From positions 28,432 to 92,431 of the forward strand of contig NZ_CAMBTS010000001.1 in NCBI RefSeq assembly GCF_945870625.1: a stretch of DNA of 64,000 nt, given 5' to 3'. Below the pieces are notes generated by a model. That model searched no databases, had not been told where the DNA came from, and saw only the letters and a list, made by a program, of their open reading frames with translations. This document shows, piece after piece, positions 45,753 to 55,002 of the stretch; within the stretch, counting starts at the first letter, position 1, and each line of letters begins with the position of its first letter. Origin of the DNA: Novosphingobium sp. Chol11. Lineage in GTDB: Bacteria; Pseudomonadota; Alphaproteobacteria; Sphingomonadales; Sphingomonadaceae. The position numbers were made by a program, and so were the translations under genes.

Positions 45753-46058
45753 TCAAGCGCTGATCAGGCCAATCGCCTCGATTTGTGCAGGGCTATATCC
45801 CTGAGCGGCCAAGGCGGGGGCATACTGCATTGCCGGACGGCGCAGCCGTTCGCTGGCGCACAGGAATTCGCGCAAAGGGCGCAAGTGCTCCGGCACTGGC
45901 AGACGGCGGCGACCGGTAAGGGCAGCGACAAAGCGCAGGCCTATGGTCTCACCGGACGTTTCAGCGCAACCACAGTCTGCGGCGGCTTGTAAGGCGGATT
46001 GCACGTCGCGCCATTCGGATTGGCTCAAGTTTGGCATTGTTACATGAGAACGCATCAT
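45753..46058 (-). CDS. Hypothetical protein (~100 aa)
   Basis: GGAG SD just before ATGATG at 46058/46055; downstream of pirin on the same strand; CGC motif and C-terminal G(Y)S.AQI.A pattern. Confidence 0.55.
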   Translation of the reverse strand: MMRSHVTMPNLSQSEWRDVQSALQAAADCGCAETSGETIGLRFVAALTGRRRLPVPEHLRPLREFLCASERLRRPAMQYAPALAAQGYSPAQIEAIGLISA

Positions 46059-46069
46059 CAATCTCCGAG

Positions 46070-46096
46070 GCGAACCAGCCTGCAAGGCTGGTTCGC
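46070..46096. other. Perfect 12-bp hairpin in the pirin-hypothetical gap
   Basis: GCGAACCAGCCT-gca-AGGCTGGTTCGC; no U-tract; ends 3 nt before the SD of the downstream gene. Confidence 0.55.
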
Positions 46097-46147
46097 GCCA
46101 AGTGCGTTAAGGGTTACGAGGGAGAGGCAGGTAAACTTCATGCGCGC

Positions 46148-46843
46148 TCAGGCGGCATCAACCATGATGATTTCGCTGTCTTCGATCGCCATTACGCGCA
46201 GCACAGCCATTTCGCTGATTGCAGCACCATCACGCGCATTCACGGTCATATCCTCGATCTGCACTTTGCCGGTGGCAGGGACGAGGTAGGCCTTGCGCGC
46301 CGTGCCCAGCACATATTCGGCGCTGGTCCCGGCCTTCAGTGTCGCACCCAGCACGCGGGCATCGGTGCGGATCGGCAAGGCATCGTCCTCGCTGTAGCCT
46401 GATGCCAGTGTGACGAACCGCCCAGCACGGTCTCCTTGGGGGAAAGGGCGGGCATCCCAGCTCGGTGCTTCGCCTCGGCGGGTAGGCATGATCCAGATCT
46501 GGAAAATGCGGGTCGTCACATCCTCGTGATTGTACTCCGAATGGCGAATGCCGGTGCCCGCGCTCATCACCTGCACATCGCCTGCTTCGGTGCGACCCTT
46601 GTTGCCAAGGCTATCCTGATGCGTAATCGCGCCCTCGCGGACATAAGTGATGATCTCCATATCGTTGTGCGGATGGGGTGGAAAACCGGTGTGCGGCGCG
46701 ATCTGGTCGTCGTTCCACACGCGCAGGTTGCCCCAGTTCATCCGCGCGGGATCATGATATCCAGCGAACGAGAAGTGATGCTTGGCATTGAGCCAGCCAT
46801 GGTTTTCGCCGCCAAGCGAAGCAAAAGGACGAAGTTCGATCAT
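46148..46843 (-). CDS. Pirin family protein (YhhW-like)
   Basis: HGWL..KHHFSF..Y, LRVWNDD, GF.PHPH.DMEI.TY, H.DSLGN, MSAGTGI.HSE.N, QIWI motifs; true start is ATG 46843. Confidence 0.93.
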   Translation of the reverse strand: MIELRPFASLGGENHGWLNAKHHFSFAGYHDPARMNWGNLRVWNDDQIAPHTGFPPHPHNDMEIITYVREGAITHQDSLGNKGRTEAGDVQVMSAGTGIRHSEYNHEDVTTRIFQIWIMPTRRGEAPSWDARPFPQGDRAGRFVTLASGYSEDDALPIRTDARVLGATLKAGTSAEYVLGTARKAYLVPATGKVQIEDMTVNARDGAAISEMAVLRVMAIEDSEIIMVDAA

Positions 46844-46975
46844 AAGAGGTTTCCGATGAGGCGCGGCCACGGTCAAACGCTCAAGGCCTGCTTGCTGTTG
46901 CTCCCCATATAGACCCATCGACCTTGTCTGTTCAGTGAGATAAATTGCATCCAAATCTTCGAAAGAATCGCAGTT

Positions 46976-47905
46976 ATGGCCGATCCTGGGCTGCCGACGT
47001 TTGATCAGTTGCGCATCTTTCTGGCGATCGTCGATACTGGCAGCTTTGCGGCTGCGGGGCGCAGGCTCAATCGCGCGGTCTCGGTGATCAGCTACGGGAT
47101 CGCCAATCTTGAAACGCAGCTCGGCCTTGCGCTGTTTGACCGGGAAGGCACACGCCGGCCCCAGCTGACCGAGGCCGGACGCGCGTTGCTGGCCGAGGCG
47201 CGCGGCATCGCGCAGGGTTTTGACGGGCTGCGCGCCAAGGCCAAGGGCCTGCTGGGCGGGCTTGAAGCGGAAGTGGGCTTGGCGGTGGACGTGATGTTTC
47301 CTTCCGCCCGCGCGGCCAAAGTGCTGCGCCTGTTTGCCGCCGAGTTTCCGACAGTGCAGCTGCGCCTGCATGTCGAGGCGCTGGGCGCGGTGGCGGCCAT
47401 GGTGATAGATCAGGCGGCGGTGATCGGGATTTCCGGGCCGTTTGTGACGGGGGTTGCCGATCTGGATAGCTGCCTCGCGGGCTCGACAGTGCTGGTGCCG
47501 GTGGCTTCGCCCGATCATCCCTTGGGAAGCATGACGCAAATCGCGCCCGGGGCAGGGCGCGATTATACGCAGCTGGTGCTTTCGGACCGTTCAAGCTTTA
47601 CCAAGGGCCAGGATTTTGCGGTGATCAGCGCGAAGACATGGCGGCTGGCGGACCTAGGCGCAAAGCATGCACTGCTCAAAGAAGGAATCGGTTGGGGCAA
47701 TATGCCGCTGCCAATGGTGGTCGATGATCTGGCTGCGGGCCGATTGGTGCGCCTCGCGATGCCTGATTTTACGGGCGGGATATTCCGGTTTGCCGGGATT
47801 TGGCGGCGGGACACGCCGCCGGGGCCAGCAGCGCGGTGGCTGCTCGATCAGTTTACCGCGCTTGGTTTGAGTGATGGCAATGGCGATCACTTGGCCGATG
47901 TTTAG
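46976..47905 (+). CDS. LysR family regulator, divergent from pirin
   Basis: DQLRIFLAIVDTGSFAAAGR.L.RA.S.ISY.I.NLE.QLG..LFDR HTH; GIGWG.MP motif. Confidence 0.93.
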   Translation: MADPGLPTFDQLRIFLAIVDTGSFAAAGRRLNRAVSVISYGIANLETQLGLALFDREGTRRPQLTEAGRALLAEARGIAQGFDGLRAKAKGLLGGLEAEVGLAVDVMFPSARAAKVLRLFAAEFPTVQLRLHVEALGAVAAMVIDQAAVIGISGPFVTGVADLDSCLAGSTVLVPVASPDHPLGSMTQIAPGAGRDYTQLVLSDRSSFTKGQDFAVISAKTWRLADLGAKHALLKEGIGWGNMPLPMVVDDLAAGRLVRLAMPDFTGGIFRFAGIWRRDTPPGPAARWLLDQFTALGLSDGNGDHLADV

Positions 47906-47914
47906 GCAGATGGG

Positions 47915-48769
47915 CTAAGCCAGCGTTGCTGACGCGCTCATCAACTGGCGGCCATCGCCGGCAAAGGCCGCGAGGGCCAGCTCTTCTCCCTCGCGGCGCA
48001 GCGCAAGGTGCATAGGTTCGCCGCACATCCCGGGCGAAACGGCGCGGAAGGAGAAGCTGGCCAGGGCATTCTCCCCATGTTCGCGCCGGGCGAGATCGAG
48101 CAACAGGGTGGCGATCAATGGTCCATGCACGACCAGCGCACGGTAGCCTTCGACATTGCGGGCATAGGGCGCGTCATAGTGGATCCGGTGGCTGTTGAAA
48201 GTAAGCGCCGAGTAGCGGAACAACAGCGCCTCTGCGGGCACGAGCGCGCGCGTGTGGTCCCACCCAGCGGGATCGAACGCCCCGTCTCCCGGCGGCGGCG
48301 GAACTGGCGCTGCGCCCACAGGCGATGCCTCGCGGTAGACCAGTGATTGCACCTCGCGCACCGCCAGATTGCCATCGGCCAGCGTCTCGTGTGCCACTTC
48401 CACAAACACCAGCGCGCCCGAGGCCCCCGACTTGGCGGCGACCGAGGCCACCTTCGATACGCGTTCGATCCGGGCAGCGGGCGGGATTAGGCTGATAAAT
48501 TCCAGTTTGCTGGCCGCCCACATGCGGCGGGGCAGCGGGATGGGCGGGAGGAAGCTCGCCGGGCTGTCGTCGCGGCGCGGGTGGCCATCTTCGCCGAGTG
48601 CGGCCGTGGGTGCATCAGGCACGCACAGGCACCAGTGCAGCCCTTGCGGAACTTCATTTCCGATGGGCGTCGAGCGATCAAGTGCGGCGCACCAGCGCAT
48701 GATCAGGCCCGGCGTAAGTTCATCCTGCCGCCGCTCTTCGCGCCCGATCCACCCATCCCAGTCGCCCAT
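47915..48769 (-). CDS. Double hot-dog hydratase, mesaconyl-C4-CoA hydratase / itaconyl-CoA hydratase (Meh/Ich) family
   Basis: W..WIGR, DGHP, F.PP.PLPRRMWA, K.G.SG.L.FV.V, LLFRYSALTFNSHRIHYD.PYA..VEGY..LVVHGPL motifs; ATG overlaps the upstream TGA. Confidence 0.85.
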   Translation of the reverse strand: MGDWDGWIGREERRQDELTPGLIMRWCAALDRSTPIGNEVPQGLHWCLCVPDAPTAALGEDGHPRRDDSPASFLPPIPLPRRMWAASKLEFISLIPPAARIERVSKVASVAAKSGASGALVFVEVAHETLADGNLAVREVQSLVYREASPVGAAPVPPPPGDGAFDPAGWDHTRALVPAEALLFRYSALTFNSHRIHYDAPYARNVEGYRALVVHGPLIATLLLDLARREHGENALASFSFRAVSPGMCGEPMHLALRREGEELALAAFAGDGRQLMSASATLA

Positions 48770-50358
48770 CAGTTTCGCCCATCCAATAGTCCGCGCGCGA
48801 TCACTTGTGCCTGAATTTCCGCAGCGCCTTCGAAGATATTGAGGATGCGGGCATCGCACAGCACGCGGCTGATCTCGTATTCCAGCGCATAGCCGTTGCC
48901 GCCATGAATTTGCATTGCGGCATCGGCCATGCTCCATGCGCAGCGCGCGGCATGGAGCTTGGCCATGCCGGCCTCGATATCGCAACGCTTGCCCTGATCT
49001 TTGGCGCGCGCAGCGGCATATGTCAGCTCGCGCGCCATCACGATATCGACGAGGCCCATCGCCAGCTTGTCTGCCACGCGCGGGAACGCGATGATAGATT
49101 TGCCGAATTGCTTGCGGGCAAGCGCATAGTTCAGCCCCAGTTCGAGCGCGCGGCGCGCCACACCGACGGCGCGGGCAGCAGTCTGGATCCGCGCGCCTTC
49201 GAAAGTGCGCATCAGCTGTTTGAAACCCTGGCCTTCCTCGCCGCCAAGCAAGGCATCGGCTGGCGCGCAAAGGCCGTCGAATTGCAGCGCATATTCGCGC
49301 ATGCCGCGATAGCCCAGCACCTCGATCTCGCTGCCGCTCATGCCCTCGGCAGGGAAGGGATCGCCTTCCGTTCCGCGCGGCTTTGGCACCAGCAGCATCG
49401 ACAGGCCGGTATAGCCCCTTTGATCCGGCAGAGTGCGCGCCAGCAAGGTCATCATATCAGACCGGGCGGCGTGGGTGATCCAGGTCTTGGCGCCGGTGAT
49501 GTGCCACTCTTCACCACTGCGCCGCGCGCGGGTTTGCAGCGCGCCAAGGTCTGATCCGGTATCGGGTTCGGTGAATACCGCCGTGGGCAGGATTTCGCCG
49601 CTGGCGATGCGCGGCAGCCATTGCGCCCTTTGCGCCTCGGTGCCGCCGAGCGCGATCAGTTCGCCCGCGATTTCGGAGCGGGTGCCGAGTGAGCCTGCGC
49701 CGATCCAGCCGCGCGACAGTTCCTCCGTCACGAGGCACATCACCAGCTTGCCAAGGCCAAGGCCGCCGTATTCCTGCGGGATGCACACCCCGAACGCGCC
49801 TAGCTCTGCCATTGCGGCGATGGTCCCATCGGGGATCAGCGCGTTGGCGAGATGCCAGCCATGAGCATGGGGCAGGATTTCAGCGTCGGTGAACCGGCGG
49901 AATTGGTCGCGGATGGTATCGAGGTCGCTGTCTTGCAGGCTTTCACTGGGCCACTGGCCTTCGCCAAGGAGGCGGGCGAGCTCAGCGCGCAGGGGCGCTT
50001 GGTCGGCGGTCAGCATCTCCCTCGCCGCGTCCTCGAGCGCGCGGGCGGCGTCTGCCAAGCCGAGGTCGGCGGGACGGACCATTTCGCCCGGACCCATGGG
50101 CAAGCCGCCAATTAGTTGGGCGATGATTTCGGCGAAGGCCAGCTTGGCCACCAGTTCGTCGGCTGGATTGCCCCCTGCGTTTCCATCGGCCCATTCCAGC
50201 GTCGCCTCCAGCGCGGCAACGCTAGTGGCGATCCATGCAAAGCCATGCGCGGCACGCTGCTCATCGTTGATGCTGCGCGTTTCAAGCCGCCGGGCGAGCG
50301 CTGCTTTGGCGCTGTCGGTGTAGCCCTGCGCAGCCGCCAAAGCGTGCCGGAGCATCAC
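48769..50358 (-). CDS. mcd: Acyl-CoA dehydrogenase, (2S)-methylsuccinyl-CoA dehydrogenase-like
   Basis: 529 aa with the ~150-aa N-terminal extension (EQ.AAHG.AW.AT); GSLGTRSEIA, EIEVLGYRGM.EY, FKQLM.TFE.ARIQTAARA, FPRV..KL, IFEGAAEIQ signatures. Confidence 0.78.
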   Translation of the reverse strand: MMLRHALAAAQGYTDSAKAALARRLETRSINDEQRAAHGFAWIATSVAALEATLEWADGNAGGNPADELVAKLAFAEIIAQLIGGLPMGPGEMVRPADLGLADAARALEDAAREMLTADQAPLRAELARLLGEGQWPSESLQDSDLDTIRDQFRRFTDAEILPHAHGWHLANALIPDGTIAAMAELGAFGVCIPQEYGGLGLGKLVMCLVTEELSRGWIGAGSLGTRSEIAGELIALGGTEAQRAQWLPRIASGEILPTAVFTEPDTGSDLGALQTRARRSGEEWHITGAKTWITHAARSDMMTLLARTLPDQRGYTGLSMLLVPKPRGTEGDPFPAEGMSGSEIEVLGYRGMREYALQFDGLCAPADALLGGEEGQGFKQLMRTFEGARIQTAARAVGVARRALELGLNYALARKQFGKSIIAFPRVADKLAMGLVDIVMARELTYAAARAKDQGKRCDIEAGMAKLHAARCAWSMADAAMQIHGGNGYALEYEISRVLCDARILNIFEGAAEIQAQVIARGLLDGRN

Positions 50359-51578
50359 GCGCGTTCAAACACCGCCGCGATGCCTTGGCCGCCGCCGATA
50401 CACATGGTTTCAAGGCCGAAGCGGCCCTGACGGCGGACCAGTTCGCGGGTCAGGTTGGCGAGAATGCGGCCCCCGGTGGCGCCGATCGGGTGGCCGAGCG
50501 AAATCCCCGAACCGTTGACGTTGAGGATGTCGTGGCGGCTGTCGTCCTCGCTCCAGCCCCAACCTCTGAGCACGGCGAGCACTTGCGGGGCGAAGGCTTC
50601 GTTCAATTCGACCAGATCGATATCGCTCCACGAGAGGCCGCTGCGCGCGAACAGGCGCTCCACCGCCGGAACCGGGCCGATGCCCATTCGGCTTGGCTCG
50701 CAGCCAGCGGCAGCGGCGGAGTGGAACCAGGCGATGGGTTCGAGGCCCAATTCGTCAAGCTTGTCCTCGGCCACGACAAGACAGGCGGCGGCGGCATCGT
50801 TCTGCTGGCTGGCGTTGCCCGCAGTCACTACCCCGCCTTCGAGTGCGCGCAGCTTGCCAAGGCTTTCGGCGGTGGCATCGGCGCGATATCCTTCGTCATG
50901 CGCGAAGATGAGTGGATCGCCCTTTTTCTGAGGGACGGGGACCGGCACCAGCTCGTCGTCAAAAAGGTGCGCTGCCCATGCGGCGGTGGCGCGCTGGTGC
51001 GAGCGGGCGGCATAAGCGTCGGCGGCTTGGCGGGTGATGCCATAATCCTTGGCGAGATTTTCCGCGGTTTCGATCATGCCCGAGATGAACCCGAAGCGCG
51101 CTTCCGGCTGCGACATCACGCGCCCGCGCGTCAGCCGGTCGTGCAGCACGAGGCTTCCGGCGCGGACACCTTTTCGGATGTCGGTGGTGTAATGCTCGAC
51201 ATTCGACATCGATTCTGCGCCGCCCGCAACCACGACATCGGACATGCCCGACTGGACCATCATGGCGGCGTTGATCACCGCCTGCAGGCCCGAGCCGCAG
51301 CGCCGATCGAGCTGATAGCCAGGCACTTCGAGGGGCAGGCCCGCGGCGAGCCAAGACCAGTGGCCGATGGCCGGGGCTTCGCCGTTGCCATAGCCTTGTG
51401 CGAAGACGACATCATCGACGCGCGCAGGATCGATCCCGGTTCGCTCCATCAATGCCTTCAGGATGACCGCGCCCAGATCGGCGGCAGTCAATGGAGCGAG
51501 CGCTCCGCCGAACTTGCCGACGGCGGTGCGGATCGGTGCAACAATGGCGGCGCGGCGCAGGGAGGGGCGGGTGGTCAT
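50355..51578 (-). CDS. Acetyl-CoA C-acyltransferase (thiolase)
   Basis: RT.VGKFGG, DRRCGSG (Cys), NEAF, GHPIGATG (His), MCIGGGQG (Cys) motifs. Confidence 0.95.
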   Translation of the reverse strand: MTTRPSLRRAAIVAPIRTAVGKFGGALAPLTAADLGAVILKALMERTGIDPARVDDVVFAQGYGNGEAPAIGHWSWLAAGLPLEVPGYQLDRRCGSGLQAVINAAMMVQSGMSDVVVAGGAESMSNVEHYTTDIRKGVRAGSLVLHDRLTRGRVMSQPEARFGFISGMIETAENLAKDYGITRQAADAYAARSHQRATAAWAAHLFDDELVPVPVPQKKGDPLIFAHDEGYRADATAESLGKLRALEGGVVTAGNASQQNDAAAACLVVAEDKLDELGLEPIAWFHSAAAAGCEPSRMGIGPVPAVERLFARSGLSWSDIDLVELNEAFAPQVLAVLRGWGWSEDDSRHDILNVNGSGISLGHPIGATGGRILANLTRELVRRQGRFGLETMCIGGGQGIAAVFERA

Positions 51579-52783
51579 GCTGGAGTTCCTACTATGCCGG
51601 TATCGATCAAACGGGCAATTTCGCCTGACGAAAGCTGCAGATGATCAGCGAGCACGCGTTCGGAGTGCTCGCCGATGAGCGGGGCGGGGGCAGGGGGCTG
51701 CCGTTCAAGCTGCGGGATGGTGGCGAAGGGGCCAGCGGCAGGATAGGCAAAGCCGCTGGGGTTATTGTCGGTCACGGCAAACATCGGATTTTCCCCGACG
51801 AGGCGGGGATCGGCGATGGCTTCGGGCATGGTTTTGTAAGGACCGTGGGTGACGCCTGCGGCATCGAGCCGGGCGGCGAGCTGCGCATGGGTGAGCGCCG
51901 CTGCGCTGCGTTCGATCAGGCGGTAGATGGCTTCGCGGTGGGTGAAGCGCACGCCGTCGTCGCCGGTGAACGAGATACCCAGCGCGGCCTCGATGCTCGC
52001 CAGCGCTTCGCCAAGATCGAGCGCGCGGGCAAGGCCTTGCCACTGGCGTTCGTTGATTGCGACGATCATCACGCGCACGCCGTCATGCGTCACAAAATCG
52101 CGGCCGATGGTCCCGAATACACCGTTGCCCAGCCGCTCACGGTCTTTGCCAGTATAAAGTACCTCAGCCACGCGGCCGAGATTGGCGGCGGAGCCCATGG
52201 CAATGTCGGTGAGGGGGAGGCGCACTTCGCCGCCAAGCCCGGTATGCTCGCGCCGGCGGACGGCAGAAACCATGGCGAACGCTGCATAAGCACCAGTCAG
52301 CAAGTCCCACGCCGGAAGCACATGGTTGACCGGCGCATTGCTTTCCAGTGGCCCGGTGAGCGCGGGGAAACCGACGGCAGCGTTTGCGGTATAATCGAGC
52401 GCAATCGCGCCGTCTGGCCAGCCCATTACGCGCACGGTGATCAGATCGGCGCGGCCTGCCGCCAGTCTTTCGTGCGCCATGAAACCGCCGACCGGCAGAT
52501 TGGTAATCAGGTTGCCGACGCTTTGGACCAGCCGGGTGAGCAATTCGCGCCCTTCGGGCCGGGTAAAGTCGAGCGCCAGGCTCCGCTTGGCGCGATTGAG
52601 GTTTTCCCACGAGAGGGAGTCGCCGCGCGCCGTTACCGGCCAGCGCCGGAAATCCTGCCCGCCGCCGATCTGATCGACCCGGACGACGTCCGCCCCGAAC
52701 TGTGCGCAATAAAGCCCCGCAGTGGGCGAGGCAACGAAGGACGAGACCTCGATCACCGAGAGCCCGGAGAGGATATCGTACAT
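51575..52783 (-). CDS. mct: Family III CoA-transferase, mesaconyl-CoA C1-C4 CoA-transferase (isomerase)-like
   Basis: FVA.P......AQ.GADV.R.D.IGGG.D..RWPVT, DYT.N...G.P..TGP, VNHVLPAWD..TG, R...GN...G..GRDF.T.DG.RVM, NPMF motifs, which match the Mct subfamily as I recall it. Confidence 0.78.
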   Translation of the reverse strand: MYDILSGLSVIEVSSFVASPTAGLYCAQFGADVVRVDQIGGGQDFRRWPVTARGDSLSWENLNRAKRSLALDFTRPEGRELLTRLVQSVGNLITNLPVGGFMAHERLAAGRADLITVRVMGWPDGAIALDYTANAAVGFPALTGPLESNAPVNHVLPAWDLLTGAYAAFAMVSAVRRREHTGLGGEVRLPLTDIAMGSAANLGRVAEVLYTGKDRERLGNGVFGTIGRDFVTHDGVRVMIVAINERQWQGLARALDLGEALASIEAALGISFTGDDGVRFTHREAIYRLIERSAAALTHAQLAARLDAAGVTHGPYKTMPEAIADPRLVGENPMFAVTDNNPSGFAYPAAGPFATIPQLERQPPAPAPLIGEHSERVLADHLQLSSGEIARLIDTGIVGTPA

Positions 52784-52809
52784 TCAGCGCGCTCCGGCCG
52801 GATGCGGGT

Positions 52810-54003
52810 TCACGCTTGCGCCCCGGATGCGAAATCGCGCAGCATTTGCTTGGCAATAACCAGCTGCATGATCTGCGTCGTGCCCTCATAGATGCGGTAA
52901 ATACGGCTATCGCGAAAGAAGCGCTCCGCCGCGTATTCAGCCAGATAGCCCGCGCCGCCATGGATCTGCACGCACCGATCGGCCACCCGGCCGCACATTT
53001 CGGAGGCAAACATTTTGAACGAGGCGGCTTCCATCAGGATTTTCTCGCCCCGATCCGCCTTGGCGATGGCATCGCGCATCATGCATTCCGAAGCATATAT
53101 TTCGGCCTGACTGTCCGCCAGCATGGCCTGGATAAGCTGAAACTGCGCGATCGGTTCGCCGAAGGCCTTGCGCTCGGTGGCGTAGCGGGTTGCGGTATCG
53201 AGAATGCGCCGCGCATACGCGGTAGCCGCCGCGCCGACCGACAGTCGTCCGTTGTCGAGGCTTTGCATGGCGATGGCAAAGCCTTTGCCTTCCTCGCCGC
53301 CGAGCAGCGCATCACCGGGGACATGCACATCGTCCATGATGATGTCGCCGATGTGGCTGCCCGATTGGCCCATCTTCTTGTCCGATTTGCCGCGCGTGAT
53401 CCCCGGCGTATCGAGCGGCACGAGAAAGGCCGAAACATGCGCGTTCTTGGCCAGCGTTTCTTTGGACGTGCGGGCCATAATCAGCGCCATTTTGGCAAAA
53501 GGCGCGTTGGTGATGTAGCGCTTGGTGCCATTGAGCACATAGCCGTTGCCCGAGCGCACCGCCGTGGTCGCCATAGCCGCCGAATCCGAGCCAGAGCCCG
53601 GCTCGGTGAGGCCGAACGAGGCGATTTCGCCAGCGGCAAGGCGCGGCAGCCATTCGTCCTTCTGCTCGGCCGTTCCGGCATTCTTGATCGCCGAGCAGAC
53701 CATGCCGAGGTTGATCGAGATGGTCGAGCGGAAGGCCGGCATGGCATAGCTTACGGTGTGGATCGAGGTGATGTACTGGCTGATGTTCATGCCTGCGCCG
53801 CCGTACTCCTCGGGCATGGTCAACCCGAAAAGACCCATCTGGCGCATCTCATCGAGCAGATCGGCGGGGATGGCATTGGCGGCGATCACGTCATCTTCGG
53901 CCGGGATCAGCCGCTCGCGCACATAGTGTGTCAACTGGCCGTGAAACTGTTCGAACGTATCGGGGTCCATTCCGGGATTCTGGCCGGCATTTGGCATGCT
54001 CAT
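52810..54003 (-). CDS. Acyl-CoA dehydrogenase
   Basis: GL..PEEYGG.G, FGLTEP.SGSD, LNGTKRYITN, KMG..G, LD.GR, R.AFG..I..FQ, RIYEGTTQI motifs; GAGGA SD before ATG 54003. Confidence 0.93.
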   Translation of the reverse strand: MSMPNAGQNPGMDPDTFEQFHGQLTHYVRERLIPAEDDVIAANAIPADLLDEMRQMGLFGLTMPEEYGGAGMNISQYITSIHTVSYAMPAFRSTISINLGMVCSAIKNAGTAEQKDEWLPRLAAGEIASFGLTEPGSGSDSAAMATTAVRSGNGYVLNGTKRYITNAPFAKMALIMARTSKETLAKNAHVSAFLVPLDTPGITRGKSDKKMGQSGSHIGDIIMDDVHVPGDALLGGEEGKGFAIAMQSLDNGRLSVGAAATAYARRILDTATRYATERKAFGEPIAQFQLIQAMLADSQAEIYASECMMRDAIAKADRGEKILMEAASFKMFASEMCGRVADRCVQIHGGAGYLAEYAAERFFRDSRIYRIYEGTTQIMQLVIAKQMLRDFASGAQA

Positions 54004-54013
54004 CAGTTGGTCC

Positions 54014-54931
54014 TCAGATCGGATCATACGGGAAAACATGCGCGGTCACTTCGTCCTCGCGCGCGAACGAAGCGCTGAACGCCGGGATCAGCTCGTCCGC
54101 AATCGACTGCGGTGTCCAGCCTTCGGGATTGACCATCGAGCGGATCGGGCGAGGTTTTGAAAACAGCACGATCTCGTTCTTGCGGACCGCAAAGATCTGG
54201 TTGTTGACCGCTTTGGCGAGATCCGAGGCAAGATAGGCGACCAGCGGCGCGATCTTGTCTGCGCTCATCGATTTGAGCCGCTCGACCCGCTGCTTTTGTG
54301 CGGGCGTTTCTGCAGGGATCGAGGCGGTCATCCGGCTCCATGCAAATGGCGCGATGCAATTGGAGCGCACACCCACGCGCGCCATATCGAGCGCGATCGA
54401 ATGCGATAACGCGACGAGGCCGAGCTTGGCTGTCGAGTAATTGGCCTGCCCGATATTGCCGATGAGGCCGCTGGTCGAGGTGAAGTGAATGAAGCTGCCC
54501 GACTGCTGCTCGCGGAAATATGGAGTGGCTGCCTTCGAGACGTTGAACGCGCCCGTCAGGTTGACGTCGATCACGCTGGTCCAGTCCGCATGGCTCATCT
54601 TGTGCCACATCCCGTCACGCAAGATGCCGGCGTTGTTCACCACCGCATCGATCCGGCCAAACTGGGCGATGGCATCTTCGATGATCGAGGTTGCGCCAAC
54701 CGGATCGGCCACGCTGGCCAGGTTGGCGAAAGCACGGCCGCCGCTGGCCCGAATTTCCGATGCAGTGGTTTCGGCAGGGCCCGAATCGCCGCCGTCGCCG
54801 CTTTGCGCCACGCCCGGATCATTGACGATCACCGCCGCGCCCTCACGCGCGCACAGCAGCGCAACTTCGCGGCCGATCCCGCGCCCGGCGCCGGTCACAG
54901 CGACAACTTTGCCTTCGAGTATTCCCGCCAT
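54014..54931 (-). CDS. SDR, 3-hydroxyacyl-CoA dehydrogenase-like (HSD17B4/Fox2 N-domain type)
   Basis: VTGAGRGIGR, VNDPG, VNNAGILRD, TSTSGL.GN.GQANY..AK (YxxxK), N.IAP.A.SRM motifs; GGAGAG SD. Confidence 0.88.
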   Translation of the reverse strand: MAGILEGKVVAVTGAGRGIGREVALLCAREGAAVIVNDPGVAQSGDGGDSGPAETTASEIRASGGRAFANLASVADPVGATSIIEDAIAQFGRIDAVVNNAGILRDGMWHKMSHADWTSVIDVNLTGAFNVSKAATPYFREQQSGSFIHFTSTSGLIGNIGQANYSTAKLGLVALSHSIALDMARVGVRSNCIAPFAWSRMTASIPAETPAQKQRVERLKSMSADKIAPLVAYLASDLAKAVNNQIFAVRKNEIVLFSKPRPIRSMVNPEGWTPQSIADELIPAFSASFAREDEVTAHVFPYDPI

Positions 54932-54986
54932 GTCCGACTCTCCCAAGCACAGAATGCACTCGCTTACCGGCCCATGCCAGCAATTC

Positions 54987-55002
54987 AACATCCCGGAATG
55001 TT
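54987..55002. promoter_or_regulatory. Near-perfect 16-bp palindrome upstream of the acyl-CoA operon
   Basis: AACATCCC/GGAATGTT (one mismatch), 55 bp upstream of the SDR start, inside an AT-rich patch. Confidence 0.4.

Noticed and set aside
47915-52783. Autotrophic 3-hydroxypropionate bi-cycle or a complete ethylmalonyl-CoA pathway
   Set aside because: No malonyl-CoA reductase, propionyl-CoA synthase, Mcl, Ccr or Ecm genes in the window; the neighbours are beta-oxidation enzymes.
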